A stretch of 64,000 nucleotides of DNA from an uncultured archaeon (GTDB lineage Archaea; Aenigmatarchaeota; Aenigmatarchaeia; QMZP01; JACQNV01), in contig CAYPFW010000001.1 of the NCBI GenBank assembly GCA_964410585.1, positions 416,001 through 480,000 on the forward strand, read 5' to 3'. Positions 47,200 through 56,863 of this stretch are shown here, in pieces. The notes under the pieces were generated by a model that was not told the DNA's origin, did not search any database, and was given only the letters and a program-made list of their open reading frames with translations. A program made the translations under genes and the position numbers. Numbering within the stretch: position 1 is the stretch's first letter; the number at the start of each line of letters is the position of its first letter.

Positions 47200-48235
47200 T
47201 TTTGAGCTCATTTTTTATTAGATCTTCTGCAGCTTCGTATAATGTTTTGTTTTCTTCCTTACTCATTTCAATAGTTTGCTCTAGTCGGCTTTGGATTATT
47301 TCTCTTGTTTTAGAAATCACATAGTCAAAATCTTTTCCCTGAACTTCGCACATTGAAAGGAAAACACCGCCTATGTTGATCACATAATCCGGAACATAAA
47401 CTATTTTTCTTTTCGCAAAATCATCTATCAAATCTTCGCTAGCCAAAGGATTGTTTGCTGCGCCTATCACCATGTCACAATTTAATTTTCCAATAGTTTC
47501 TTTTGTTAATATTCCGCCACAAGCATTTGGAGAAAAAATATCACATTTCACTTCATAAATTTTATCTGGTTCTACAGTTTCAACATTGAATCTTTCTTTT
47601 ATTGATTTTATTTTTTCAGGATCGATATCAGTCACAACTATTCTACATCGTTCATCAACAAGCCTTTTAACAAGGTCTGCTCCAACACTCCCAACACCTT
47701 GAACTGCAATTGTCTTGTTTTTGAGGCTATCTGTTCTATATTTCCATTTGCACATTGTTTTCATTGCTACCAAAATTCCGTATGCCGTTGGTATAGCTGT
47801 ATCGCCAAGACCCGAATTCAGGCCATCTATGAATTTGGATTTTTCTGCCATATATTCTATGTCTTTTATGTCAATATTCATGTCTGTTCCTGTTTGAAGT
47901 TTTCCATTCAAAGATTCAACAAATTTTCCAAATTCCCTAAGCATCTCTGGTGTCTTTTGAGTCTTTGGGTTTCCAACTATCACACCCTTTCCGCCGCTAT
48001 ATCCACCATTGTATTTTTTTCCAATTATCACACATTTCTTTGTCATCACCTTTACAAGTTTTGTTGCATCTTTTATTCCATCAAGCAAAGTTGGATAGTA
48101 TACCATTCTTGTCCCACCATTTCCCTTGTCACCATAAACAGTATTCATTGCCGCAATGAAAAAACATCCTGATTTTTTATCATGTTTTATGTGCAATTCA
48201 TTGCACCAATTTTCTTTCATTAGTTTTTCTATCAT
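47171..48235 (-). CDS. Glu/Leu/Phe/Val dehydrogenase family (LeuDH-like)
   Basis: GGTR, MTKK, GGKGVI, VQGVGSVG, GAANN, PDYVINIGG. Confidence 0.9.
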   Translation of the reverse strand: MIEKLMKENWCNELHIKHDKKSGCFFIAAMNTVYGDKGNGGTRMVYYPTLLDGIKDATKLVKVMTKKCVIIGKKYNGGYSGGKGVIVGNPKTQKTPEMLREFGKFVESLNGKLQTGTDMNIDIKDIEYMAEKSKFIDGLNSGLGDTAIPTAYGILVAMKTMCKWKYRTDSLKNKTIAVQGVGSVGADLVKRLVDERCRIVVTDIDPEKIKSIKERFNVETVEPDKIYEVKCDIFSPNACGGILTKETIGKLNCDMVIGAANNPLASEDLIDDFAKRKIVYVPDYVINIGGVFLSMCEVQGKDFDYVISKTREIIQSRLEQTIEMSKEENKTLYEAAEDLIKNELKINQQLLCAF

Positions 48236-49011
48236 TCAATCATCCTACTTGTTGCTATTATTCCTCTGATATACAACTCTTTTTTTAACCACACATACCA
48301 ATCATCGCCTAAAATTTTGTATTTTTTACAAAGATCATCAACTACTTTCTGATTTTCTCTCAATGGGTTTTGCAGCATACTCAAACAAACCTCAGGCTCC
48401 AAATTTGACAACGGCAAAATATAACCGTCAACTCCTTTGGATTCAAAACAAAGATGCTCCCATCCCTGAAAAATAGGAACTTCCAAATTCGCATCCAATA
48501 ACCTTTTTGTAAAATCAACAGAACCGCTTGCCTCTTTTATTCCAACAATATTTCTCAATTCACAAATTCTCAAAATGGTTTCATATTCTATTTGGTTTCC
48601 AGAAATTGCAGACTCATTGTAAATGAAAACAGGAGAATCTGCTTCGTTTCTTATTCTCCTGAAATGTTCATATATTTCTTCCTGAGAGCATTTTCTAAAA
48701 GGTGTTGTCACAACAACAGCATCTGCGCCAAGCTTTTTTGCGATTCTTAATTTTTCCACAACCTCTTCTGTTGTTTTAAACTCAACTCCTGCCAAAACAG
48801 GTAAACCTTGGGCACATTTTACTGTATATTTTATCATATCTTCAAATTGTCTATCATTTAATTTCCAACCTTCACCTGAACTTAGAGTTGGCATCAAAGC
48901 GGTGGAATAAGGCCTGACAAAATCTACCAACTGTCTTACACTTTTTCTGCACACATCGCCTCTGCTGTCTAAAGGTGTGACTAGAGGCGGAATTACTCCT
49001 TTGTATCTCAT
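48232..49011 (-). CDS. DapA/NAL-family class I aldolase
   Basis: GVIPPLVTP, SSGE, IYN, GIKEASG (Schiff-base Lys). Confidence 0.9.
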   Translation of the reverse strand: MRYKGVIPPLVTPLDSRGDVCRKSVRQLVDFVRPYSTALMPTLSSGEGWKLNDRQFEDMIKYTVKCAQGLPVLAGVEFKTTEEVVEKLRIAKKLGADAVVVTTPFRKCSQEEIYEHFRRIRNEADSPVFIYNESAISGNQIEYETILRICELRNIVGIKEASGSVDFTKRLLDANLEVPIFQGWEHLCFESKGVDGYILPLSNLEPEVCLSMLQNPLRENQKVVDDLCKKYKILGDDWYVWLKKELYIRGIIATSRMIE

Positions 49012-50006
49012 AAACCAACCTCCTTGGCCCATTGGTCTTTGCATTCGTGGTATAGTGATCTTAATTTTGAAGCATCCTGATCAGCGTTGAACTGTTGTAT
49101 GGCTTCTCTGACCTCTTTATCACAAACACCGCAGTTGGATGATTGTCTATCCCCTGACAAATTTTCATCACTCATTCCAGCAAATAGTCTACCATCTGTT
49201 CTTCCTATTCTTTCAGCTGTTTGAGCCAGCACTTCAACAACACTCCATAGCTTTGGCGGCTTGTATTGGCCAGTTAAGAAAAGGGTTTCTATTGGCTTGC
49301 CTCTAACTACATAAATAGGTTCAAAGGCTATTCTTCCATATACACTATATTTGTCAGCTTTTTCGAGAACATGCAATGCTGTCGCTACTGAATCTTCTAT
49401 AGCTTCTCTTTCCGAAAATCCCTGCGGTTTGATTTGGACATAAGCTACAAAATCTAAACCAGCTTTCCTACACATCATCATAGATTCATCTAAGTGCACT
49501 TCTGGCACATTTTTATTCAGGACATCATTTCTAATTCTTGGATTAGAGGTCTCGTATCCTAAGGCAAATTCCAATACTTGGTCCTCCCTTAAACACCCCT
49601 TTGCTTCCTTTAGTTTTTCCACTGTTGTATAGCCTCTTCTGGATTCTGTCATAATCCTTTTTACAATTGGTATATTTGCAAGTGCTGAAAGCATATATCT
49701 TCTAACTTCTGGCGACATTTCCCTGTCGCTGTAGAAATTTCCTAGAGAAGCCAAATCGAAATGCTGGAATTTACCAGTTCTCAAAAGTTCTAAAACAGTG
49801 CTGTGCTGAGCTTTCAGATTTTTGTCTCTGATGTCGGGTCTAGAATATTCTGCAAAATTGCACATTGTACAGCCCCTTCCCTTTTTGTCATATTCGCATC
49901 CTTTTGTTCTGTAAGAAACAAAGAGCCTATTTGCTGGGCTACCTTTGATGTTGATTCTACTTGCAGTAATGTAAGCAGGGCTATCAAGCAAAGATTGAGA
50001 TGTCAT
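49008..50006 (-). CDS. Radical SAM protein, TIGR01210/RaSEA-like
   Basis: RTKGC-x8-CTMC, ESR, LGYET, R...LNK, KP, Y.PP.LWS, SNC..C. Confidence 0.8.
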   Translation of the reverse strand: MTSQSLLDSPAYITASRINIKGSPANRLFVSYRTKGCEYDKKGRGCTMCNFAEYSRPDIRDKNLKAQHSTVLELLRTGKFQHFDLASLGNFYSDREMSPEVRRYMLSALANIPIVKRIMTESRRGYTTVEKLKEAKGCLREDQVLEFALGYETSNPRIRNDVLNKNVPEVHLDESMMMCRKAGLDFVAYVQIKPQGFSEREAIEDSVATALHVLEKADKYSVYGRIAFEPIYVVRGKPIETLFLTGQYKPPKLWSVVEVLAQTAERIGRTDGRLFAGMSDENLSGDRQSSNCGVCDKEVREAIQQFNADQDASKLRSLYHECKDQWAKEVGL

Positions 50007-50122
50007 ATTTTATTATTTATCACCATCATGTGATAACTAATTAAACTATGGTTGTTGGGTATATCAAATTGTGTCGCACCATACTGGTACGACTATTTAA
50101 GGACAAGAAAGGAAATAGAAAT

Positions 50123-50878
50123 ATGAACACAGAACCATTGAAGAAGTTGGGTCTTGGCGAAAACGAGATAAAAGTTTATTTGACTTTACTTAAGACAGGA
50201 TCAATCACAGCATATGAATTGGGTAAGAAAACAGGCATATACAGGGCTCATGTTTATGACAAACTAGAAAGATTGATGGAGAAAGGCTTGGTGACACATG
50301 TTTATCAAGGATCAAAAAAATATTTCCAAGCAACTTCCCCTGAAAAATTAAAAGACTATTTAGAAGAGAAAAAGAAAGTTTTAGAAGAGCAGGAGGTTGA
50401 AGTCGATAAAATTCTTCCAGATCTTCTGGAAATGCAAAAAGCTCCAAAAGAAGATACAAGGGTTGAAGTTTTCAAGGGAAAGGAAGGATTGAAATATTTT
50501 TTGAAAGATATTTTGAAAACAAAAAAAGAAGTTCTTGTAACAGGAATAGATGATAAAAGATATGAGCAAGAATTGCCAATTTTCATGAAGCAGTATTTCA
50601 GAGATTTGAAAAATCAGAAAATAAAAGAAAGGATAATCACAATAAAAAGGCAGGATATATTTTTATTCAACAAAACAATGGCACCGACAACAGAATATAG
50701 GTTTCTAGAAGAAGAACAATTTAATCCAACCAATACATTTGTCTATGGAAACAAGGTTGTTATTGTTTCTTGGGGAACGCCGGTAACCGCGATAATGATA
50801 CAAAACAAGCAAACAGCAGACACATACAGAAACCATTTTGAACATTTGTGGGAAATTGCTTCTAAAGAGAATAGATAG
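50123..50878 (+). CDS. TrmB-family transcriptional regulator
   Basis: LGL.ENEIKVYLTLL..G, R..VY..L..L.EKGLV, C-terminal YGNKV.I. Confidence 0.92.
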   Translation: MNTEPLKKLGLGENEIKVYLTLLKTGSITAYELGKKTGIYRAHVYDKLERLMEKGLVTHVYQGSKKYFQATSPEKLKDYLEEKKKVLEEQEVEVDKILPDLLEMQKAPKEDTRVEVFKGKEGLKYFLKDILKTKKEVLVTGIDDKRYEQELPIFMKQYFRDLKNQKIKERIITIKRQDIFLFNKTMAPTTEYRFLEEEQFNPTNTFVYGNKVVIVSWGTPVTAIMIQNKQTADTYRNHFEHLWEIASKENR

Positions 50879-50913
50879 ATCAATCCCCATATCAAATTCT
50901 TTACATCATTTTC

Positions 50914-51525
50914 TCAAATAAAACTTCCAGCTAGAAAACTCAGAACAAACAAAACTAGCCCAACAACAACTGGAATCAACCAATTATCATCTATCCAACC
51001 ACGCCTTCTGTGTTTATCGATTCCTTTTGCAGAAACACCAAGCTCTAACAGACCTCCAACAACAGCACCAATAATTGCAAGCCAAGCACTAACCCAAATC
51101 AAGGAAACTAAAAAAGAGCCGATGACAAAACCGAGGAAGCCTTCCAGTGTTTTGTGGCCGCATACTTTATGTCGGCCTATTGATTTTCCAACTAATGTTG
51201 ACAAACCATCTCCAATTGCTAAGGTTGCAGAAGCAGCAGACGCAATAGGCATAGGGAAAAGTAAAAAGCTGAAAAAGCAGCCCATGTAGAACCAAATTGC
51301 ACCTGTGAATGGCCAATTTTCATTTCCTCTTTCAAACTTCAGCATGAATTTTCTCAGACCAATAAGCTGTGTTTTAACAATTTGTATATATTGAGAATAA
51401 GCAAGGAATGCAAAACCTATCACAAAAAACATCAATGTTGCTTCAACCTTTGTCAAAAACTGCGCGAGCAAAACAAACAAAACACCAATTATATGTATGC
51501 TCTGCCTCAGGAGCTCTTTTTTCAT
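50914..51525 (-). CDS. SEC59/DGK1/VTE5-family (dolichol/phytol kinase-like) membrane protein
   Basis: ELLRQSIH, GDG.STLVG, KTLEG, DDN..IP. Confidence 0.85.
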   Translation of the reverse strand: MKKELLRQSIHIIGVLFVLLAQFLTKVEATLMFFVIGFAFLAYSQYIQIVKTQLIGLRKFMLKFERGNENWPFTGAIWFYMGCFFSFLLFPMPIASAASATLAIGDGLSTLVGKSIGRHKVCGHKTLEGFLGFVIGSFLVSLIWVSAWLAIIGAVVGGLLELGVSAKGIDKHRRRGWIDDNWLIPVVVGLVLFVLSFLAGSFI

Positions 51526-51575
51526 AAAGTAAGTTGCATGAACTGCTTATATAAAGTTTTGTCCAAAGTAAATAT

Positions 51576-52316
51576 ATGGAAGCAACAGAAGATAGGACAA
51601 GAAGATTTTTTACAGACGAAAGAACTTTAGAAGAACTTCCAAAAGATTATGGAAGATATTTGGGCGAAAAACTTGGATTTGTTCCTTATGTTGGGAGATT
51701 AAGGGATTTAGTAAGCCCCGAAGATGTCAAAACAGAACCAAGATACTTAAACGCTAAAAGATTGCTCTCTGATTATTTTGATTCTGTGCAGGAAAATGTG
51801 GCTTGGCATTTTGCAGATGAATTTGGCGTGCTACCATTTTCAGAGGGGTTGGAAATTGGTGTAGCTGAATTGCCAACAAATTATATAGTTGAAAACAATG
51901 AAGTTGTTGGAGTTGAAAAGGTTTTTGGTTTGTATGATCCTTCTAGGAAAAGAATACTTTTGGATCCTGTTTTGTTCAAGGAATTAAACCATCCAGAAAG
52001 AGCTAGACTTCTCAGATATTTGGGCGAGTTGCCAACAGCAGAAAGAGTTTTGACAGAAGAATTCATACATTCTGTGCAAGATGATTTAGGAATAATTTAC
52101 CACCATTACAACAAATATGGCCCTGAAAAAGCAAGAGCAAAGATAGAAGGCGCAGCTGCAAGAGAATCTGAGAGGATTGTTGGAAAAACAGACAGAATTT
52201 ATGCTGATTATAAAAGACAATACGAAGATGAGGTTGAAAGAAAAGGCAGGCGCAAAGCTTTCTTAGAAGGCAGCATTCCTGAAGTTATGGGTGTACCGTT
52301 GTATGGATATAATTAG
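51576..52316 (+). CDS. Hypothetical protein with degenerate zincin-like motif
   Basis: GLYDP....I.L, VLTEEFIHSVQ, downstream EG.A. Confidence 0.65.
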   Translation: MEATEDRTRRFFTDERTLEELPKDYGRYLGEKLGFVPYVGRLRDLVSPEDVKTEPRYLNAKRLLSDYFDSVQENVAWHFADEFGVLPFSEGLEIGVAELPTNYIVENNEVVGVEKVFGLYDPSRKRILLDPVLFKELNHPERARLLRYLGELPTAERVLTEEFIHSVQDDLGIIYHHYNKYGPEKARAKIEGAAARESERIVGKTDRIYADYKRQYEDEVERKGRRKAFLEGSIPEVMGVPLYGYN

Positions 52317-52339
52317 AACAAAATTATCACTGTCTTTCG

Positions 52340-53311
52340 CTACTCAAACGGAAAATAGACAATTTTCTTCTCTTCTCTTGAAATAACAAACTCATAATCA
52401 TCTATCATGCCTTCAAATTGTCGCCTCAACTCATTCATAATAGAATCAAACTCGTCAAAAGATTTAGCTTGAAGTTCTATTTCAAAATCCCTACCCCCAA
52501 TTGTTCTATTTACATTTAGTATGTTAGGATGCTGTAAGCAAAATTGCTCTAGTTCCCGCACTCTTTCGGTGTTGATGAGATTTATGTACGATTTGTAATA
52601 TCTGTAACCAAGAAATGAGACATCAATTAGTGCACGATATCCAAGAATGACTTTATTTTTTTCTAACTTCCTAATGTGATTTCTTATCACTTGTGGACTG
52701 GTCTTAAGTTTATTTGAGATTTCAAGTAAAGACATTCTTCCATTATTAGATAAAAGTCGGAGCAACTCTATATCTAATTTATCAACAGGAAAAATCTCTC
52801 TAGATGCTCCAACAAGAGTTCCTGTCTCTGCATTTTTTTGGTTGACGATATACGATTTTGGATACTGTCTAATATGACTATAAACTACAATCAATCTCTT
52901 GCTAATATATTTTCTGTACTTTTCCATAATCTTGTCCCAATAGTCGTAGAAATCAAGAATGTTTTTGACAGCAACAGCAAAACCAACATCCCATTGCCCT
53001 TCTAGTGCAACTAGCCACCAGACCTCCTTATCTTTGATTAAATTGTTTTCTAATTCGTCTTGTTTTTCTCTGGTGATATTGTGGAACTTAAAATAAACCC
53101 GAATGCTTTGGTATCCTAATTTCGAATAGTCAATAACAGTTATGTATCCGGGCAAGACATCAACTTCCTCAAGCCGCTTTATTCTATAATCTACAAACTG
53201 TTTTGATTTACGTATCATCCTTCCTATTTTTGTAGTCGTTAGTCTTGCATTTTTGTCTAGATCAAAGATGATTTTTCTGTCATAACTGTCAAGTTTTATC
53301 TCTTTCTCCAT
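52340..53311 (-). CDS. Tandem (double) Lrp/AsnC transcriptional regulator
   Basis: Two LD..D..I...L..N.R HTH units, each followed by a RAM-like domain. Confidence 0.9.
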   Translation of the reverse strand: MEKEIKLDSYDRKIIFDLDKNARLTTTKIGRMIRKSKQFVDYRIKRLEEVDVLPGYITVIDYSKLGYQSIRVYFKFHNITREKQDELENNLIKDKEVWWLVALEGQWDVGFAVAVKNILDFYDYWDKIMEKYRKYISKRLIVVYSHIRQYPKSYIVNQKNAETGTLVGASREIFPVDKLDIELLRLLSNNGRMSLLEISNKLKTSPQVIRNHIRKLEKNKVILGYRALIDVSFLGYRYYKSYINLINTERVRELEQFCLQHPNILNVNRTIGGRDFEIELQAKSFDEFDSIMNELRRQFEGMIDDYEFVISREEKKIVYFPFE

Positions 53312-53419
53312 ATTTAAGACAATAGTAATTTTATCCTTATAAATCTTTCTATTTGTCCAAATTTCTAATAGTTTATTTTATTATTTCGTTTATTCAAGTA
53401 TTAACTACTTGGTGGTAGA

Positions 53420-54946
53420 ATGTCAAAGAAAATAATGTTGATAAAACCTGCATACGAAACGGATGCGATTTGGGATACGATTAGAACAAGCCATCCACTA
53501 GGATTATGGTGGATAGGCTCTGCATTAAAAGAAAGGGGTCATGAAGTAAGGCTTCTTGATGAAACTGTAAGAGACAGGGGATTGGAAAAAAGAACAATGT
53601 TCACTCGAGAATTATGTGGGACTGAAAGTATGGATATTCCAAAAGAATGTTCATATGAAGACTTTCAGCGCCAAAAGATGCACGATTTCAATACTCTTGA
53701 TCCAAGAGAATTTGTAGAGAGGTATTCTTCTTTTAGGGGAGACAAGATTGTAAGAAACATGGTGAGAACAGGAAATCCTCTTGAAAAAACATTGGACGAA
53801 ATAGGGAAAATGGATCCTGAATTTGTCGGTATACCTATTTTTGCAAGTTGCAATTATCCTGCTGCATTGACATTGGCTAGAGCAGTAAGATCGGTTTTTC
53901 CTGACACAAAAATAGTAATGGGAGGACAACATGTAACTGCACAACCTATCGAAATTTTATCAACTGGGGTAGTAGATCATGTGGTTACAGGTGATGCCGT
54001 GGCTGCGGCTATCAATCTAATTGAAAATGGATCGAATCGGAAAATAATATTTGGCGGAGTATCACAGATAGGGGATTTTCCATTATTGGATATGGATTTG
54101 ATGGCTGAAAACCAGTATCCATTGAAGCCTACGCACACTTATGATACACAAGGAAGAAAATCTGTCGATTACATGTTTTCTAAAGGGTGTTTCCGCAGTT
54201 GCGAGTTTTGCGTGGCAGGCGAGAAGGAAAATAGGGTTTCAACATCAGATCTTGAAAAGATATATGAACAATTGAAAAGATTTTCGGATGCTGGAATTGA
54301 AGAGATTATAGTTCAGGACGATGCTTTTTTATTCAAACCACAAAAAAATCTGAGGTCATATCTAGAATTGATGAAAAAACATGGACTTTATTGGCAGGAT
54401 AATGGTGGTATTGAATTTGAAGGGTTAACACCTGAAGTTATTGAGATGTTAATGGAATACCAAAACAGCGGTTCTGGAAGGATAAATTCGTTATATGTTC
54501 CGCTAAACCCACGGAAGGGTGCAGAAACTGGGAGCGCATTGAAAGATATGCAAAAAAGATTTGCGACCCACTTTCCTCACATCAAAACACTAAGAGAATC
54601 TGGAATTTATGTATACACAAGTGAAATAATTGGCTATCCTGGACAATCTTTGAATGATATGGAAGAAGATATTCACCTTCATCAAGAATTGGTACACAAT
54701 GGCTACGCTGATAAATCCATGACTTTCGTGACTTCAACTTTACCAGGAACCAAACTACACAGGGAACGTAGTCACAACATTGTAAATCCTTTAGATTGGG
54801 CTGCTTATTCTAATTTTGTTCCTCAAAGCGTTACAGATGTTGTTCCAAATATTCAGGATATTGAGCGGATGACTGTCTTCAGAAACAAGGAAATGAATAA
54901 AGTTCAGACAAGCTATCCGTGGGGTAGCACATTTCCTAATGAATAG
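53420..54946 (+). CDS. B12-binding radical SAM protein
   Basis: HPLGL, GHEV, GGQHVT, SKGCFRSCEFC, DDAF, LPGT.L. Confidence 0.9.
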   Translation: MSKKIMLIKPAYETDAIWDTIRTSHPLGLWWIGSALKERGHEVRLLDETVRDRGLEKRTMFTRELCGTESMDIPKECSYEDFQRQKMHDFNTLDPREFVERYSSFRGDKIVRNMVRTGNPLEKTLDEIGKMDPEFVGIPIFASCNYPAALTLARAVRSVFPDTKIVMGGQHVTAQPIEILSTGVVDHVVTGDAVAAAINLIENGSNRKIIFGGVSQIGDFPLLDMDLMAENQYPLKPTHTYDTQGRKSVDYMFSKGCFRSCEFCVAGEKENRVSTSDLEKIYEQLKRFSDAGIEEIIVQDDAFLFKPQKNLRSYLELMKKHGLYWQDNGGIEFEGLTPEVIEMLMEYQNSGSGRINSLYVPLNPRKGAETGSALKDMQKRFATHFPHIKTLRESGIYVYTSEIIGYPGQSLNDMEEDIHLHQELVHNGYADKSMTFVTSTLPGTKLHRERSHNIVNPLDWAAYSNFVPQSVTDVVPNIQDIERMTVFRNKEMNKVQTSYPWGSTFPNE

Positions 54947-54988
54947 TTTCCAACAAAAAGCGAAAAATTTTATGTAATAAAATTAACT

Positions 54989-55252
54989 CTACTTTGATAC
55001 CAATCCTTTTTGAATTATTTTTTTAATCAGTTCTGGATTCCAGACCCAGACTATTTTTTCGTCTTTGTCTATTATTATTTTGTTCAAATCAACTAGATAA
55101 TCAACTATCATAGAAAATGTTTGGTACATAACCTGTTTTGGGAGAGCCTTCCACAATTCTGTTCTTGTTGGATAGAAATCCAACTTTTTGATAGTTTCTT
55201 CTACCATTAAAACAGTGTCTAATCTTGGATAGTGCAAAATATCTTGGCTCAT
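54989..55252 (-). CDS. Small winged-helix-like protein
   Basis: HYPRLDTVLMVEE...LWKALPKQVMYQT; start MSQD. Confidence 0.75.
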   Translation of the reverse strand: MSQDILHYPRLDTVLMVEETIKKLDFYPTRTELWKALPKQVMYQTFSMIVDYLVDLNKIIIDKDEKIVWVWNPELIKKIIQKGLVSK

Positions 55253-55297
55253 GTAATTATATAAGTTTATATAACTTATAAAGTTATCGTTAACACA

Positions 55298-55312
55298 TAT
55301 AACACCGTTATA
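55298..55312. promoter_or_regulatory. TATAACACCGTTATA palindrome
   Basis: Same 6-3-6 motif as 12264 and 28982-29058. Confidence 0.5.
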
Positions 55313-55451
55313 TTCCTTTGGTTTAAAGTATTTATACAAGATACCACCAAATAGTAATAATGACAATAATTAATCTAGATCTTCTATATTATAATGTGTT
55401 TAAGATACTACGGTTTTGGAAGGAGATGTAATCGAATTTTTAAAGAATTGT

Positions 55452-55468
55452 CCGCGATAACATCGCGG
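55452..55468. repeat. 17-bp palindrome CCGCGATAACATCGCGG
   Basis: Identical to 26530-26546. Confidence 0.75.
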
Positions 55469-55524
55469 TTTCTGTGAGTATGTTAACTAGAAAAAAGTCG
55501 CTAAAAATTCAGGACAGGCTTGGA

Positions 55525-56361
55525 ATGAGGGTTGGAATAGCCTACGGAACATACAAAAAGCCAAATGCAAAAACAACAAACGATGTACTCGAAGTTTTGT
55601 CTGACTTGTACCAAGCAGGTTTCAAGGCATTTGTACTTTGCCCAGATCTGTTTGAAAAAATCCAAGACTCTGCAGACATTTACAAAGAACACTACAATGA
55701 TTTGCTGAAAATCAGGAACCTAGCTGCAAAATACAACATCGAGCTCGCAGTGAGAACAGAAAACCTTCCTGAAGATCCATTCAAACTCGACAACAAACTC
55801 AAAATTTATTTCACAGCTGCTTCTGTTATGGATTGTAGGATGTTTATCATGCCACCTAATTTTTACACAATGATGCCAAAAGACCAAGCAGTGAAATTGA
55901 TTGTCCACAAAATAAATGAAATCACAAACAGCCTTAATTTGAAAGTAAAAATAGGCGTTGAGGCAACTGGAAAAGTCAAGGATGTTGGTTCATTGGAGGA
56001 TATTTTAGAAGTTGCAAAAAGGGCCCAAAACTCTGAGCCTGTTTTGAATTTCGCTCACATACATGCAAGAGGTTCTGGTGCTCTGCGATCAGAAACAGAT
56101 TTCAAACATGTCATTGATACTGTTAGGAAAGAGCTTGGTTCTGGTGCAATCCAAAACCCATACATGCTGTTCTCTGGTGTGAAATACGGCCCTTCTGGAG
56201 AAATCCAACACATACCATTTAGAAAAGCAGACATCAACTTAAACCATTTGATCAAGGCAATCATGACATTTGGAACAAAAGGAACTTTGATCTTCGAAGA
56301 CCCTGAAAGAGAGAAAGGAATTTTAGACATGTTGAAAGATTTTGGGGAGATGGTGCGATAA
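55525..56361 (+). CDS. Degenerate endonuclease IV-like TIM-barrel protein
   Basis: IGVEATGK...VGSLED, NFAHIHAR, FSG..YG..GE..H; start uncertain (55474-55525). Confidence 0.8.
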   Translation: MRVGIAYGTYKKPNAKTTNDVLEVLSDLYQAGFKAFVLCPDLFEKIQDSADIYKEHYNDLLKIRNLAAKYNIELAVRTENLPEDPFKLDNKLKIYFTAASVMDCRMFIMPPNFYTMMPKDQAVKLIVHKINEITNSLNLKVKIGVEATGKVKDVGSLEDILEVAKRAQNSEPVLNFAHIHARGSGALRSETDFKHVIDTVRKELGSGAIQNPYMLFSGVKYGPSGEIQHIPFRKADINLNHLIKAIMTFGTKGTLIFEDPEREKGILDMLKDFGEMVR

Positions 56362-56362
56362 T

Positions 56363-56833
56363 ATGGAAGGATTAATTATTTCTTTAGTTCAAACAGACGA
56401 CGATTTGTTAGATATAGTTCCATTGAAACAAGATGACGACAACCAAGCCCTGAAAAGAATGAGATTAGAAAGTCAAACAGAAGACCAAACCCTTGAAAAA
56501 ATTCTTAGATTGAAATTCAAAGGTTATGATTTTTGGATAGCTAGACTTAATGGCGAAGCAATTGGGTATGCTACAGGAGAATTACAAACAAATGGAAGTT
56601 ATAGATCAGAAGGAATTTATGTCAAACCAGAACAAAGAAGAAAAGGATATGGGACTGAAATAAAAAGGACTCAAATAGTTTTTGCAAAAGAATTGGGGTG
56701 TACAGAACTTGTATCAAATGTTTCTGGAGATAACGTTGCAAGCTTAAGGGTCCAAGAAAAATGTGGAATATCAGCAGTCCCAAATGAAAGAACTGGTGGA
56801 TACTTTCTTTCACTCAAACTAAGCGATGCTTAG
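56363..56833 (+). CDS. GNAT acetyltransferase
   Basis: YVKPEQRRKGYG, N.ASL...EKCG. Confidence 0.88.
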   Translation: MEGLIISLVQTDDDLLDIVPLKQDDDNQALKRMRLESQTEDQTLEKILRLKFKGYDFWIARLNGEAIGYATGELQTNGSYRSEGIYVKPEQRRKGYGTEIKRTQIVFAKELGCTELVSNVSGDNVASLRVQEKCGISAVPNERTGGYFLSLKLSDA

Positions 56834-56863
56834 CCTATTTATTTCTTTGCTCCTTTATTTGGT

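Noticed and set aside
51576-52316. Zinc metalloprotease call
   Set aside because: Motif is EExxH rather than HExxH; left as hypothetical.
55404-55460. Peptide DTTVLEGDVIEFLKNCPR resembling a MoaD/SAMP C-terminus
   Set aside because: An in-frame stop lies immediately upstream, there is no start codon and no GG end; too short to support.
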